Assembly (NCBI GenBank): GCA_963730935.1
Contig: CAVSTP010000004.1
Location: forward strand, 544,001-608,000
Source: an uncultured Nitrospiraceae bacterium
GTDB lineage: Bacteria > Nitrospirota > Nitrospiria > Nitrospirales > Nitrospiraceae
Length of the DNA: 64,000 nt
Reading direction: 5' to 3'
Shown: one piece after another, positions 28,883-40,364 of the stretch
Position numbering within the stretch: position 1 is the first letter of the stretch
How the letters are laid out: the number at the start of each line of letters is the position of its first letter
Program-made: the position numbers and the translations under genes
The notes under the pieces: model-generated
Told to the model about the DNA's origin: nothing
What the model saw: only the letters and a program-made list of their open reading frames with translations
Databases searched by the model: none

Positions 28883-29755
28883 CTAACGAATGTCGAACAT
28901 CATGGTCGTGCGCTGATTATTGCGTAAGATGTCGAGTTTGACGGACTTTTCGTTGCGTAGTTGCTGAAATAATGACAGCATGGTGCCGGGATCTTTGATT
29001 TCCACTCCATTAACCTGTTTCAAGACATCGCCATATTGCAGCCCGATCTTTTCGTAAAAGCTGCTCTTGGCGATGTAATCCAGGCGGAATCCGGTGATCG
29101 CGCCGTTGGCGAGAACGGGGGCGGCGCGGGCCTGCGACAGCAGCTTTGGCAGATCATTCAATGCTTGTTCAACTTCACGACGGTCGAGGACTTTCTTGAT
29201 CTGACCTCCGGCTACGGCCGCTGGAGGACCGGTGGACACGACCTGCGCAGTCGGAGGGCTCTCCAATCCTGTAGACAAGGGCAAGAATTCCTGTTGAGTG
29301 CCTTGCCGAACAAGAATCCCACTCCGTTGGATCTCAGCAATCTCGCCGATGTCCGGGATCACCTCGTGGAGCCGGACAAACAGCTGCCGCTTGCTTCCCA
29401 ACTCTTCGATGATGGCGGAAACGCCGCCGCGGTCTCCGACAACGACTCCGAGCAATTTCAGCTTTGACGCAAGGTTCAAGGGCTGCCGCACGGGGACACC
29501 ACCGGGGCCGACAGGCATGCCGCCCTCGGTAAGGTTGACCGGATCCGGCGGAAGCGGAAACAGCCCGCTCATGCGCACATGTTCGGCGAGCGCCGATGGC
29601 GACCGGGTCGCCGAACCGTCCTGGTCAGCCGCCCGCGGCAGCGCGACTCCCGAGGGCAGGAACAAGGCTTCGGCGATGACGGCATTGATCGTATGAGCGA
29701 TCAAAAACGTCACCCCGAGCACAAGGACCAGTATGATCGCGCGACGCGACGTCAT
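28883..29755 (-). CDS. gspC: T2SS GspC with a PDZ domain
   Basis: N-terminal TM, LKLLGVV..SAII HR domain, GLQYGDVLKQVNG PDZ. Confidence 0.85.
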   Translation of the reverse strand: MTSRRAIILVLVLGVTFLIAHTINAVIAEALFLPSGVALPRAADQDGSATRSPSALAEHVRMSGLFPLPPDPVNLTEGGMPVGPGGVPVRQPLNLASKLKLLGVVVGDRGGVSAIIEELGSKRQLFVRLHEVIPDIGEIAEIQRSGILVRQGTQQEFLPLSTGLESPPTAQVVSTGPPAAVAGGQIKKVLDRREVEQALNDLPKLLSQARAAPVLANGAITGFRLDYIAKSSFYEKIGLQYGDVLKQVNGVEIKDPGTMLSLFQQLRNEKSVKLDILRNNQRTTMMFDIR

Positions 29756-30006
29756 CGCGCGAATGGTTCCGATGGTCGGGTGTACATCGTGGACTATTGT
29801 AATGCGCTCACTTGCGAGGCGCAATAGATCCCGGGCTTTCTGAACACGAGAATTCACGTCCAAGCATCAAAGTTGCCCAAGGTCGAATCCTCAAACCGAC
29901 AGAGCCCTCGCGGCAGAATCAGGCAGGACCGCGTGAGATGTATGAGTCAGTGGACAATCCACCGGAATCGTTTCATAATTTCAGCCAACCATACAAGGAG
30001 AGGCAC

Positions 30007-31014
30007 GTGAAGAAAGCGCTGCTCACCGGCATCACAGGCCAGGACGGCTCCTATCTCTCGGAGTTTTTGCTCAAGAAAGGCTACGAGGTATATGGAATTA
30101 TCCGACGATCGAGTTCCTTCAACACGGGCCGCATCGATCCCATCTACCAAGATCCCCATGTCCCTCAGCGTCGCTTGCACCTGGTTTACGGAGATCTCAA
30201 CGATGCCAGTTCGCTGAACCGAATTTTACGAACCGTTCAACCCGACGAAATTTACAATCTCGGTGCGCAAAGTCACGTCCGCGTCAGCTTCGACATTCCG
30301 GAATATACCGGGGAGATCACCGGGCTGGGCACAATTCGCCTGCTCGAAGCCATTCGTGAATCAGGACTTAAGCCCAAGTTCTATCAGGCCTCCTCGAGCG
30401 AAATGTTTGGCAAAGTCCTCGAAGTGCCTCAGCGGGAGACCACGCCGTTCTATCCGCGTAGCCCCTATGGTGCGGCGAAGGTGTACTCGTATTGGATCAC
30501 GGTCAACTATCGGGAAGCCTATAATTTGTTTGCCTGCAACGGCATTCTGTTCAACCACGAATCGCCGCGTCGGGGAGAAACATTCGTCACTAGAAAGATT
30601 ACGAAGGCGGCGGCACGCATCAAACTCGGCATTCAGAAAGACCTCTATCTCGGCAATCTCGACGCCAAACGCGACTGGGGATATGCCGGCGACTACATTG
30701 AAGCGATGTGGCTCATGCTACAAGCCGACACTCCAGACGACTATGTGATCGCCACCGGTGAGACTCACAGCGTTCGGGAAATGCTCGAACTCGCCTTCGA
30801 CCGCGTGAAGCTCGATTGGAAACCGTATGTGAAGATTGACGAAAATTACTATCGCCCGACAGAAGTAGATCTGCTGATCGGGGACGCCAGCAAGGCGAAG
30901 CGGAAACTCGGATGGGCGCCCAAGGTTGGCTTCCATGAATTGATCAATATGATGGTGGATGCCGATGTCGCCGCTGAGCGTGAACGCTTGGAAGGGGTGA
31001 AGGGAAACCCGTAG
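30007..31014 (+). CDS. gmd: GDP-mannose 4,6-dehydratase
   Basis: [36 protein letters not shown] start after AAGGAG. Confidence 0.97.
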   Translation: MKKALLTGITGQDGSYLSEFLLKKGYEVYGIIRRSSSFNTGRIDPIYQDPHVPQRRLHLVYGDLNDASSLNRILRTVQPDEIYNLGAQSHVRVSFDIPEYTGEITGLGTIRLLEAIRESGLKPKFYQASSSEMFGKVLEVPQRETTPFYPRSPYGAAKVYSYWITVNYREAYNLFACNGILFNHESPRRGETFVTRKITKAAARIKLGIQKDLYLGNLDAKRDWGYAGDYIEAMWLMLQADTPDDYVIATGETHSVREMLELAFDRVKLDWKPYVKIDENYYRPTEVDLLIGDASKAKRKLGWAPKVGFHELINMMVDADVAAERERLEGVKGNP

Positions 31015-31016
31015 CC

Positions 31017-31979
31017 ATGGCCTCGTTCTGGGCGGACAAGCGGGTGGTAGTCACGGGCGGGGCGGGGTTTTTGGGGTCGTTTGTCGTGGAGCAGCTCCAG
31101 GCGAAGGGTTGCCGCCACCTCATCGTGCCTCGAAGCCGAGATTACGATCTCGTGCAGATGACAGCAGTCCGTCGCCTGTACGAGGACACCACGCCGGACA
31201 TCCTCATTCATCTCGCCGCACGTGTCGGAGGCATCGGCGCTAACCAGGCCAATCCCGGACGGTTTTTCTACGACAATCTCATGATGGGCAGTCAGCTCAT
31301 TGAACTCGGCAGGCAATGGGGCCTCAAGAAATTCGTCGCGATCGGCACCATCTGTGCCTACCCGAAGTTCGCGCCTATCCCTTTTAAGGAAGATGACATT
31401 TGGGCAGGCTATCCCGAGGAAACCAACGCGCCTTATGGCCTGGCCAAAAAGATGATGCTCGTTCAATCGCAGGCCTACCGGCAGCAATACGGATTCAATT
31501 CCATCGTGCTGTTCCCGGTGAATTTGTACGGACCCCGGGATAATTTCGACCTTCAAACGTCGCACGTGATTCCTGCTTTGATCAGAAAATGTGCAGAAGC
31601 ACAGGAGATTGCCGCATCCGAGATCATCCTCTGGGGCGATGGCACTCCGACACGGGAATTTCTGTACGTCGAGGATGCAGCGGAAGGTATCATTCTCGCC
31701 GCTGAGCAGCACAACGACTCTCGCCCCCTCAATCTGGGAACCGGCGAGGAGGTCAGCATCAAGAGCCTTGCAACCCTGATCGCCGCCGAGATCGGTTACA
31801 AGGGCCGCATCACTTGGGACAGCACCAAACCGAACGGTCAGCCGCGGCGATGCCTGGACGTCAGCCGCATCAAGCAAGCCATCGGATTTCAGGCCAAACA
31901 CTCTCTCCGTGACGGCCTCAAGAAGACGATCGCTTGGTTCCACGCCCACCGCGAGACATTACGAGAAGTGCACTTTTAG
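31017..31979 (+). CDS. fcl: GDP-L-fucose synthase
   Basis: [30 protein letters not shown]; follows gmd. Confidence 0.95.
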   Translation: MASFWADKRVVVTGGAGFLGSFVVEQLQAKGCRHLIVPRSRDYDLVQMTAVRRLYEDTTPDILIHLAARVGGIGANQANPGRFFYDNLMMGSQLIELGRQWGLKKFVAIGTICAYPKFAPIPFKEDDIWAGYPEETNAPYGLAKKMMLVQSQAYRQQYGFNSIVLFPVNLYGPRDNFDLQTSHVIPALIRKCAEAQEIAASEIILWGDGTPTREFLYVEDAAEGIILAAEQHNDSRPLNLGTGEEVSIKSLATLIAAEIGYKGRITWDSTKPNGQPRRCLDVSRIKQAIGFQAKHSLRDGLKKTIAWFHAHRETLREVHF

Positions 31980-32056
31980 TGTCCCTCCGATGCCTCCAAC
32001 CTTTCGCCGTTTGTTCTAACCCATTGACACATAAGAGCCGCCTTCTTCTCTTCGTG

Positions 32057-32072
32057 TGGCCTGCCTTTTGCT
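32057..32072 (+). promoter_or_regulatory. Candidate sigma54 (-24/-12) promoter
   Basis: TGGCCTGCCTTTTGCT has the GG-N10-GC spacing; upstream of the TPR gene at 32131. Confidence 0.4.
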
Positions 32073-32130
32073 TGGAGCTGGCCAGGAAAAGGCAGAAATT
32101 TAGGTAACCCTCGTCACCCTCTAAGGACCA

Positions 32131-32598
32131 ATGACACCGGAGCTGAATGCGGCTGAGAATTATGAACGTGGTCTGGCGCTGCGAAAAGCCGGGTTATACA
32201 AACAGGCCATCGAGGAGTTCGAACAGGCCGCGGCTGACGGCGGGTATGCGCTAAAAGCCTATGCTCAGATCGGCCTTTGCTACAAATCGAGAGGCCGGCA
32301 TGAAGAAGCCGTGGCAGCGTTTCGAAAGGCGCTCAAATCCTCCCCCGGGTCAACAAAGGAAAAGGTGCAGATCCTCTACGTGCTGGGCCGCACACTCGAA
32401 GTGTTGGGGCGCATGGAAGAAACGCTCGAAGCGTATCGGTGGATCAGGCGGGAGGATCCCGATTACCGGGATGTCGCACAGCGCATTCAACACCTCAGTT
32501 CGAAACGATGGTCAGCCAGTGGCGGGCGCGCCGCTCAGCGGTCGTGGGTCACCGAGGTGCTGCGTTCGTGGCATAGCTTGCTCGGCACGACAAAATAG
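32131..32598 (+). CDS. TPR protein
   Basis: Three TPR-like units; DPDYRDV..RI ending. Confidence 0.75.
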   Translation: MTPELNAAENYERGLALRKAGLYKQAIEEFEQAAADGGYALKAYAQIGLCYKSRGRHEEAVAAFRKALKSSPGSTKEKVQILYVLGRTLEVLGRMEETLEAYRWIRREDPDYRDVAQRIQHLSSKRWSASGGRAAQRSWVTEVLRSWHSLLGTTK

Positions 32599-35500
32599 TC
32601 ACAGCCCAGTCAAGTTCCCAATAGCTCGGTAGACGCTGCCGGGATCATCCAAAGCCTTCCAACCCAGCACCGCCGTCGAATCTTCGACATACCGTACGGC
32701 TCTCATCCCGTTGAGCACGCAGGTGACACCGGGCGTGCTGGTGAGCACCCACAAGGCCTTCCGCGACATCGACTCTCTTCGTTTTGAGTCGGGAAGCAGG
32801 GGATCGATTACTGCGGCCACTTGCTGCGTCCGTGCACGGCTTTTCTCGGCGGCCCCACGGCGTAGCATCCCGAGCAAGGCTAGAAACCGTGGGATGTACC
32901 GGTCTCTCCACGCCTCCCACTGTTCGGCCGCTGTTCCCTGCAGCATCCGAGGGATCGCCTGCAGAACCTGGTTCACATGCGGAGCGATCATCTGATGTTC
33001 GATCTGTTCCCAATGCTCCAACCCTTGCAGACGGCCCCGTACCGACGCTAATTCTTCCGCCCAGTTGAAAAACTCTTTAGGGTGCAGCCCTTTCTCCGCG
33101 TGCGGAATGGCCGCAGCCAACTTGGATCGGTATTCCTCTTCCAAGTCGGCCAGAACGCGCAACGCCTCGTCGATGTTTCCGATTTCCCCTTCCAGCGGAA
33201 CATCCGCCAGACGGAGCATGCCGGCACGAGAGGACGGCATGGCGTTGAGCGGCCGATTTACGAGGACGGCGAGATCTTCTTCCTGCTGCGCCAGGTCCAG
33301 GACGGTTGTTTCGTGCCGTGGTCCGGTATTCGCCCGGCTCCAGACATCGCTTTCGAACAGGTTCATCGGACACTGCAGCACCGCTAAGTGATGTCGTGAC
33401 ATCCCGCACGATGCGGCCGCGCGGGCGGCTGCAGAAAGCAGCTCGAACAATGACGTCGATTCAGGATCCTCGGCATCGCGTCCTACATTGTTTGACGATA
33501 CTCCGTACCAACCGATGCGGCCAGCTGCTACCTGGTTTTCCAAATAGGCGAATGCCCGTTCGATGCGTTCATAGAACCGCTTTCGCAGCTCCTCAAGATT
33601 ACCTTCCCCTCGTTGCGTCGCTTCAGACAACATATATTCCGGATTGTGCAACAAACAGACATCGAGTATGGCCAGACCCAGGCGGTCAAGGGAGGCGTCG
33701 AGTTGATCAGCAAGAAATTCCGGATGGATACAGTGCCAAATGCCCTCGCCGTATTTCACCATCTCAGGGTAGGGGCGTCCTGTCCGTTCCCGGGCTTCGG
33801 CCTCCTTGAGGTTGTGTCCCTGCACATAGCCGATCTTCGAGACGACGATGACTTCATCTCTCGCGAGATCATGCTTGGCCACGAGACTGCGGAGGACCGC
33901 CCCGACCAGGCGCTCACTTTCGCCGTCCATATAATTGGTGGAGGTATCGACCACGTTCACGCCGGACGCTAACGCGGTGCCGAGTGCGGTCGCGTACTCT
34001 GGATCAGTGCCGTCGACGCGATACCCACCGAATCCCAGTCGAGATCCCGTGAGGGCCGTCTTCCCGAACCGCGCAAAGCCATATTCGAAACGTCCGTCAG
34101 GGCGCGGAACATTGACGACACGCGCGGCATATCGCGCCGTGCCCTCCACGGTAGCACGGCCGTCAAGCAGTCGACCTTGCAGTTTCAGAGCGGCCGCCGT
34201 CTGCGGAGACCGTTTGGACAATTCGCGTAGCGTTTCAGCGACGGCCACGGCATTGGTCAACGGCTGTTGACATGAGAAGTTCCGGCACACATAGAGCGCC
34301 GCCTGCCCAGCCACCGTCTGTTTGCCGGCAAGCAGCGGATGAGCGGACCCTCCATCTGAACGATGAGTGACGGCGATAATGCGGTTTGGAAGGTACGCCG
34401 TTCGTATCGCGTCTTGAATGGTCGCGAAAGCGGGATCATCCGGTTTGCCCACCAGCGCCAATTCGATGGGACCTTCGGTGAGGAAGTCGACGACGGCTAA
34501 GCTCTTGGCGAATCCGCGCGGGTATCGGGTCAGGTGCCTGCCGTAGGCCCGGATCGCTCCGATGGCCGCCTCGCGAAAATCGGCGCGATCCAGATGAAAT
34601 GACAACCGAGCCAGGACCATCGCCGCGACCGCATTCCCGCTTGGCGTCGCTCCATCGGCGCCTTCACGCCCGCGGAGAATGAGCGCCTCGTGCTCCTTGG
34701 CCGTCGTGAAAAATCCTCCCTGCTCGGCGTCTTGAAACGAGCGGTTCAGGCGTTCAGCCAACCGGCGGGCCGCATCAAGATAGCGGTCGTCTCCGCCGGC
34801 TTCATAGAGATCAACCAAGCCTTCCCCAAGAAACGCGTAGTCTTCCAGAACGGCCTGGAGATGCGCGCGACCGTTCCGAGAGGTTCGGTACAGACGGTCA
34901 TCATCCGTGCGATGCACCTGCAACAGAAAATCCGCGGCCCGCTGTGCCGCGTCCAGATAGTCCCGCCGGCCCAAGACACGCGCGGCTTCCGCCATGGCCG
35001 TGATCACCATGCCGTTCCACGCCGTAATGATTTTATCGTCCAGGCCCGGAGGCACCCGCTCCTTGCGAGCCTCGTACAGGAGAGGCCGCACACGATGCAT
35101 CGTATCCTTGAGCTCATCCGTGGTCACGTTCAGCTCCCGGGCGACGGCGTCGAGCGGTCGCAGGCGATTGGGAATGCTTTTATGCTCCCAATTGCCCTGG
35201 GCCGAAATGTCGTAACAGGAGCAGAACCGGCGTGTGTCCTCGTCATTGCCGACTGCCCGCGCAACCTCCTCGGGCGTCCACACAAAAAACTTCCCTTCCA
35301 CGCCTTCGGAATCCGCATCGGTGGCACTATAAAATCCTCCCCGCGGATCCGTCATTTCGCGGCGAATGTAATCGAGCACCTCGGTCACGACGTCTCGATA
35401 GGCCGCATCGCCGGTCACTTGGAACGCTTCGAGGTAGGTTCTCGCAAGCAAGGCATTGTCGTAGAGCATTTTTTCGAAATGGGGCACGAGCCATCGTTCG

Positions 35501-36294
35501 TCCGTCGAGTACCGCGCGAATCCCCCGCCGACGTGGTCGTAGAGGCCGCCAGCCGCCATGGCGTCCAGAGTGGTTTTGACCATTTGCAGCCCGGCAGGAT
35601 CACCGGTGCGCCGATAGCATCGTAGGAGCAGAGAGAGACCGGCAGCGGGAGGGAATTTTGGCGCGGGGCCGAAGCCACCATACCGGGCGTCGAAATCCTG
35701 ACGATACTCAGGAATCACAGCGTCCAGGACATGCTCGCTGACGGACACCGGCGCCGGAGTCTGCCACTCACGCTGTAACCGAACCGTGAGATCTTGAGCC
35801 TGATGTCGTACTCCATTGGCATCTCGGTCCCACACCTCGGCAATTTTCTTCAGGAGATCCGGAAAGCCTGGCCGGCCCCACCGCCCTTCGGGAGGAAAAT
35901 ACGTGCCCGCAAAAAAGGGCTGTTGTTCCGGTGTGAGAAAGACCGTCATCGGCCAACCCCCTTGCCCCTGGTTCATGGCCACGGTGGCGGCCATGTAGAT
36001 CTCATCGAGATCTGGGCGTTCCTCCCGGTCGACCTTGACGCAGACGAACCAGCGATTCATCAAGGCCGCGATCGCTTCGTTTTCAAACGATTCGCGCTCC
36101 ATGACATGACACCAGTGACAGGCGGAATAGCCGATGGACAAGAGGATCGGGCAGTTTCTTTGTTTGGCGGCCTCTAGTGCTTCCGGCCCCCAGGGATACC
36201 ACTCGACCGGGTTATGGGCGTGCTGGAGGAGATACGGGCTGGTTTCGTGAATCAGGCGATTGGGTTGACGGGGAGACGTGAACGTCGAGGACAT
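32599..36294 (-). CDS. YyaL/DUF255 thioredoxin plus (alpha/alpha)6 protein fused to an aldo/keto-reductase domain
   Basis: [31 protein letters not shown]; from about residue 750, [36 protein letters not shown]. Confidence 0.9.
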   Translation of the reverse strand: MSSTFTSPRQPNRLIHETSPYLLQHAHNPVEWYPWGPEALEAAKQRNCPILLSIGYSACHWCHVMERESFENEAIAALMNRWFVCVKVDREERPDLDEIYMAATVAMNQGQGGWPMTVFLTPEQQPFFAGTYFPPEGRWGRPGFPDLLKKIAEVWDRDANGVRHQAQDLTVRLQREWQTPAPVSVSEHVLDAVIPEYRQDFDARYGGFGPAPKFPPAAGLSLLLRCYRRTGDPAGLQMVKTTLDAMAAGGLYDHVGGGFARYSTDERWLVPHFEKMLYDNALLARTYLEAFQVTGDAAYRDVVTEVLDYIRREMTDPRGGFYSATDADSEGVEGKFFVWTPEEVARAVGNDEDTRRFCSCYDISAQGNWEHKSIPNRLRPLDAVARELNVTTDELKDTMHRVRPLLYEARKERVPPGLDDKIITAWNGMVITAMAEAARVLGRRDYLDAAQRAADFLLQVHRTDDDRLYRTSRNGRAHLQAVLEDYAFLGEGLVDLYEAGGDDRYLDAARRLAERLNRSFQDAEQGGFFTTAKEHEALILRGREGADGATPSGNAVAAMVLARLSFHLDRADFREAAIGAIRAYGRHLTRYPRGFAKSLAVVDFLTEGPIELALVGKPDDPAFATIQDAIRTAYLPNRIIAVTHRSDGGSAHPLLAGKQTVAGQAALYVCRNFSCQQPLTNAVAVAETLRELSKRSPQTAAALKLQGRLLDGRATVEGTARYAARVVNVPRPDGRFEYGFARFGKTALTGSRLGFGGYRVDGTDPEYATALGTALASGVNVVDTSTNYMDGESERLVGAVLRSLVAKHDLARDEVIVVSKIGYVQGHNLKEAEARERTGRPYPEMVKYGEGIWHCIHPEFLADQLDASLDRLGLAILDVCLLHNPEYMLSEATQRGEGNLEELRKRFYERIERAFAYLENQVAAGRIGWYGVSSNNVGRDAEDPESTSLFELLSAAARAAASCGMSRHHLAVLQCPMNLFESDVWSRANTGPRHETTVLDLAQQEEDLAVLVNRPLNAMPSSRAGMLRLADVPLEGEIGNIDEALRVLADLEEEYRSKLAAAIPHAEKGLHPKEFFNWAEELASVRGRLQGLEHWEQIEHQMIAPHVNQVLQAIPRMLQGTAAEQWEAWRDRYIPRFLALLGMLRRGAAEKSRARTQQVAAVIDPLLPDSKRRESMSRKALWVLTSTPGVTCVLNGMRAVRYVEDSTAVLGWKALDDPGSVYRAIGNLTGL

Positions 36295-36348
36295 GGGTCA
36301 CGGTAGCACCCTGTTCCGAAACGGGTCAATCAGGTCGTCGAGGGCAAC

Positions 36349-36387
36349 AAAAAAGAAGGTCTACGACACAGTGTCGTAGACCTTCTT
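36349..36387 (-). terminator. Intrinsic terminator
   Basis: Perfect 17-bp inverted repeat AAGAAGGTCTACGACAC-a-GTGTCGTAGACCTTCTT, with a U-tract on the minus strand, after the 36420-36635 gene. Confidence 0.85.
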
Positions 36388-36419
36388 CGTAAATCCTGAA
36401 ACCCGGAGAGGGGAGATGC

Positions 36420-36635
36420 TTACTTGCCCTTCTCATCCTTCTTTTGTTCCTTCGGCTCGTCCATTTGGCCGCCCTTCTTCTCTTCCTTCTTGTCCTTCGT
36501 CTCATCGCCATACACAAGGACATGGCCGCCCTTCTTCTCATCCTTCTTGTCCTTCTTTTCCTCGCCCGCGAACGAAGGCGCGCTGAAGGAAATCGCCACT
36601 GCCACCGCCATGACTGCCATTAACATGCGTTTCAT
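36420..36635 (-). CDS. Small exported, highly charged low-complexity protein
   Basis: Signal peptide ending SFA; K/E/D-rich repeats; G-rich RBS; own promoter and terminator. Confidence 0.8.
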   Translation of the reverse strand: MKRMLMAVMAVAVAISFSAPSFAGEEKKDKKDEKKGGHVLVYGDETKDKKEEKKGGQMDEPKEQKKDEKGK

Positions 36636-36696
36636 AACCCTCTCCCCCCTTTAAAAAAGATAGTTGTTCTTGCCTGCCCATCAGGCAAACGGATGA

Positions 36697-36726
36697 AACG
36701 TACCCAATTCCAGCTGAGGTTGTCAA
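36697..36726 (-). promoter_or_regulatory. Sigma70-like promoter
   Basis: Minus strand: TTGACA-N18-TACGTT. Confidence 0.45.
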
Positions 36727-36818
36727 TCGACATTGAGGCCTATCCAAAGGTGATTACGAGGCGCCCGCCTGTTGCCTCTGTGGTATGGTTATGACAATGC
36801 TGCTGGAGTTCTTCTGGC

Positions 36819-38261
36819 ATGAATGACATCGGCCCATACTCAAACTATCGCTTGACTGTTAGACTCGAACTTGCCAATAAACCTGGGATGTTTGCGACCG
36901 TCGCCTCGGCGCTCGCGGAAGAAGGGGCCAACCTCGGCGCCGTCGATCTGGCGTCGGCGACCGCAGAGCGAATGGTGAGGGACGTCACCTTCGACGTGCG
37001 CGATGAGGCGCATGGCGAACGTGTGTTGGCCAGGCTCAATGACATTCCCGATGTCACCGTCCTTTCCGCGTCAGATCGCATCTTCCTGTTGCATCTCGGG
37101 GGCAAGATCCAAGTGAGGAGCAAACTTCCGCTGACCACACGTAACGTGCTCTCCATGGTGTATACGCCAGGGGTTGGACGGGTCGCTCAGGCCATCGCCA
37201 GCGACAAAAGCAAAGCGTTCGCCTTTACGACGAAGAGCAACAGCGTCGCGGTGGTGACCGACGGTTCTGCCGTGCTGGGATTGGGGAATCTGGGCCCGGA
37301 GGCGGCATTGCCCGTCATGGAAGGAAAAGCGATGCTCTTCAGGGAATTGGCGGGGATCGACGCGTGGCCCATCTGCCTCGCCACTCAAGACCCCGACGAG
37401 ATCGTTCGCACCGTCCAGGCGATTGCACCGGGGTTCGGTGCGATCAATCTCGAAGATATCGGCGCCCCCCGCTGTTTTGATATCGAGCGCCGCTTGAAGG
37501 CTTCACTCGACATTCCGGTCATGCATGACGACCAGCACGGCACTGCCGTCGTCCTGCTGGCGGCCTTAACGAATGGGTTGACGGTGGTCGGCAAATCGAT
37601 GGATCAGGTCCGCGTCGTCGTCAACGGACTCGGAGCAGCCGGTACCGCGTGTTGCCGCATGCTGTTGGCCGCCGGCGTCTCGCATCTGATCGGCTGCGAC
37701 AAAGAAGGTATCATCCTCCATGGCGATCCTGCCCATCTTCGTGCCTCCCGGACCGACCTCTCTGCCTGTCTGACGCCGCATCAACCGCACGGAACGTTGC
37801 GTGACGCCTTAAAGGATGCAGACGTGTTCATCGGGCTGTCCGTCGGCAATCTCCTCAGCGCCGAGGATCTGGATCCCATGGCCCCTGACCGCATTGTCTT
37901 TGCCATGGCGAATCCGGACCCAGAGGTCTCTCCCGAATTGGCGCTTTCACACTGCCGCATCTTTGCCACCGGACGCTCGGATTTTCCCAACCAGATCAAC
38001 AACGCGTTGGCATTTCCCGGCATCTTCCGCGGCGCGCTCGACGTGCAAGCGAACGAAATAAACGAATCGATGAAACTCGCAGCCGCACGCGCATTAGCGG
38101 AGACGATTCCTCGGGCCGCGCTGAGCGAGGACTACATCATTCCCAGCATCTTCGACAAGGACGTGGTGCCGCGGGTGTCACGAGCCGTCGCAGCTGCTGC
38201 GCACACCAGCGGAGCCGCCCGCCGGCGGTTGAAACTGTCCGAGGAACGCCCGACCGGATAA
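36819..38261 (+). CDS. Malic enzyme with an N-terminal ACT domain
   Basis: YTPGV, TDGSAVLGLG, VMEGK, INLEDI, HDDQHGTA, ATGRSD.PNQINN. Confidence 0.93.
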   Translation: MNDIGPYSNYRLTVRLELANKPGMFATVASALAEEGANLGAVDLASATAERMVRDVTFDVRDEAHGERVLARLNDIPDVTVLSASDRIFLLHLGGKIQVRSKLPLTTRNVLSMVYTPGVGRVAQAIASDKSKAFAFTTKSNSVAVVTDGSAVLGLGNLGPEAALPVMEGKAMLFRELAGIDAWPICLATQDPDEIVRTVQAIAPGFGAINLEDIGAPRCFDIERRLKASLDIPVMHDDQHGTAVVLLAALTNGLTVVGKSMDQVRVVVNGLGAAGTACCRMLLAAGVSHLIGCDKEGIILHGDPAHLRASRTDLSACLTPHQPHGTLRDALKDADVFIGLSVGNLLSAEDLDPMAPDRIVFAMANPDPEVSPELALSHCRIFATGRSDFPNQINNALAFPGIFRGALDVQANEINESMKLAAARALAETIPRAALSEDYIIPSIFDKDVVPRVSRAVAAAAHTSGAARRRLKLSEERPTG

Positions 38262-38366
38262 ACCCAACTTGCCCGCTTGCTCGCCGTTTGCTCTCACATC
38301 TCGTATCCTTCAGCGCCGCTGTGGGCCTATGCTACAATGGCGCGATCTTCGGGAGTGCAGACGTCG

Positions 38367-38999
38367 ATGCCCTTTTCCTCCAGTAAGTACATCAAGTTCC
38401 GAAGCAGCATGCACAAACGAATCGGGTCCCTGCGTTTGAAGACCGAGGACAGCATGGAATTCGCCGTCGACACCATGATGGAGGAGCGTGTCGACAGCTA
38501 CTTTCGCATCGAGCAAGGACTCGATGAGATCATCAAGTCCCTGTTACAGATAGAGGAAGAGCTTGAGCAAATCTCCGACCTGTCCGGAGCCATGCGCCTG
38601 GAATCGAGGCTGGAGTTCGTCGAAGACCGGTGGGACGACCTGGACAGCGAGATCCGCGAGCGGCCAAGGCGCCGGCGGCGGCGGATCAGCCTTGCCGACA
38701 TGTTGAAGGCGGCCGGCGGGGGCGGGGGAGATCTGTCGCAAAGCCCGGGGAGCGTCAATAATGCGGTGGACGCCTATGCAATCATGGGCGTCGAGTTCGG
38801 CAGCTCTCTCGCTGATGTGACGGCCGCGTTCAGACATAAGGCGAAGCTGCTTCATCCAGATGCCAATCAGGGGGACCGTAGCTCCGAACCGGAATTGCGG
38901 CGAATGCTCGAAGCCTATCAATTCTTGAAGGAGTACTTGAGCCTCAGCAATACAGAGCCCATGCGACCGCCCGATCGTCCGTTCAGTCCAGCCGAGTAA
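38367..38999 (+). CDS. Coiled-coil protein with a C-terminal DnaJ (J) domain
   Basis: AYAIMGV...AFRHKAKLLHPD...EAYQFL; start uncertain. Confidence 0.8.
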   Translation: MPFSSSKYIKFRSSMHKRIGSLRLKTEDSMEFAVDTMMEERVDSYFRIEQGLDEIIKSLLQIEEELEQISDLSGAMRLESRLEFVEDRWDDLDSEIRERPRRRRRRISLADMLKAAGGGGGDLSQSPGSVNNAVDAYAIMGVEFGSSLADVTAAFRHKAKLLHPDANQGDRSSEPELRRMLEAYQFLKEYLSLSNTEPMRPPDRPFSPAE

Positions 39000-39005
39000 A
39001 CACCA

Positions 39006-40217
39006 GTGACCACTCCTTTGCAGGAACATTACATCACCAACGGCGCAGCCCTGGAGACGCTTTGTCGGCAATTACGGTCGAGCCGGCGGTTGGGGCTGGA
39101 TACGGAATTCGTCGGCGAAGACAGCTTCATTCCGAAACTGGAACTCATCCAGGTGGCCGCTCAGGACATTTCCGCCGTCATTGATTTTCCAGCCGTCCAG
39201 TCCAACGGCTCTCTGGCTCCGTTTTGGGAATTGATCTGCGATCCGCACGTGGAAAAGATCGTTCATGCAGGCCGCCAGGATCTGGATCTATTCGCGCTGC
39301 ACGCCGGCCAAATTCCAAAGCCATTTTTCGATACCCAGATTGCCGCCGCCATGCTGGGATTCGGCGCCCAAGTCGCCTATGCCAATCTCGTGCAACGGAT
39401 CCACGGTACAAGACTTGCGAAAGCACATACATTTACCAATTGGAGCGCCCGTCCGCTCTCGACCGATCAAATCGCCTACGCGGCGGAAGACGTGCAGTTC
39501 CTTCTCCCTCTCCATACGTATCTGCAGAACAGGCTGCATGCGCTCGGACGCACCGAATGGGTCCGAGAGGAGTTCTCACGGTTGGAAACCGCCGTGACAG
39601 AAAAAAGCAAGGATCCTCTCGATCGTTATCAGCGAATCAGAGGATGGGACAGTCTCAAGCCAAAGCAAGCCGCCATTTTACGGGATCTCGCAGCGTGGCG
39701 TGAAACGGAAGCCCGGCGGCGCAACGTTCCGCGAGGGCGCGTGATGCGCGATGAGGTGTTACTGCAACTCGCGCGGCATCCGCCGGCGACTGTGGAAGAA
39801 CTGCGCGGCCTCCGTGGATTGCACGGTGGTGAGATTGACCGCAATGGTGAGCAGTTGATCGCCACCATCACCGCGTCTCTGGCGCTGCCGCCGGCTGCGT
39901 GGCCGCAGGTGCCGCGGGACCGAAAACCTGAACCGGAATCGATCGGACTGGTTGAGCTGCTTCAGGCAGTCCTTAAGGCTCGCGCGGCCGATGCGGAAAT
40001 CGCCCCCACTCTGTTGGCCACAAGCGGGGACCTTCAGGCCCTCGTCGAAGCCAAGGAAAAGCACAAGACGCCCGACTTGCCGGTCTTGCGCGGATGGCGG
40101 CGTGAATTGATCGGTGATCTGCTCGTGCAAATTTTGGACGGCAAGGTGAGAGTATCTGTGGACCCTCAGAAAGGGGTGTTGCGCATGTCCGGGGATCCCA
40201 TCACACACCCGCAGTAG
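39006..40217 (+). CDS. rnd: Ribonuclease D
   Basis: LDTEF, HAGRQD, FDTQIAA, W..RPL...Q..YAAED, HRDC domain. Confidence 0.93.
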   Translation: MTTPLQEHYITNGAALETLCRQLRSSRRLGLDTEFVGEDSFIPKLELIQVAAQDISAVIDFPAVQSNGSLAPFWELICDPHVEKIVHAGRQDLDLFALHAGQIPKPFFDTQIAAAMLGFGAQVAYANLVQRIHGTRLAKAHTFTNWSARPLSTDQIAYAAEDVQFLLPLHTYLQNRLHALGRTEWVREEFSRLETAVTEKSKDPLDRYQRIRGWDSLKPKQAAILRDLAAWRETEARRRNVPRGRVMRDEVLLQLARHPPATVEELRGLRGLHGGEIDRNGEQLIATITASLALPPAAWPQVPRDRKPEPESIGLVELLQAVLKARAADAEIAPTLLATSGDLQALVEAKEKHKTPDLPVLRGWRRELIGDLLVQILDGKVRVSVDPQKGVLRMSGDPITHPQ

Positions 40218-40364
40218 TTTCCAACCTCTGTCTGTCCCTGTTCAAAAGTTACCGCTCGCGGATGACAAACCTGCACCGCCGTCATCGGTTCTGCCCAACG
40301 GTGGACCGGAAAAGGGCAAGCTTATTGGCCAATCAGCATTGACCCGATGCCTCCCGACCGCTTT

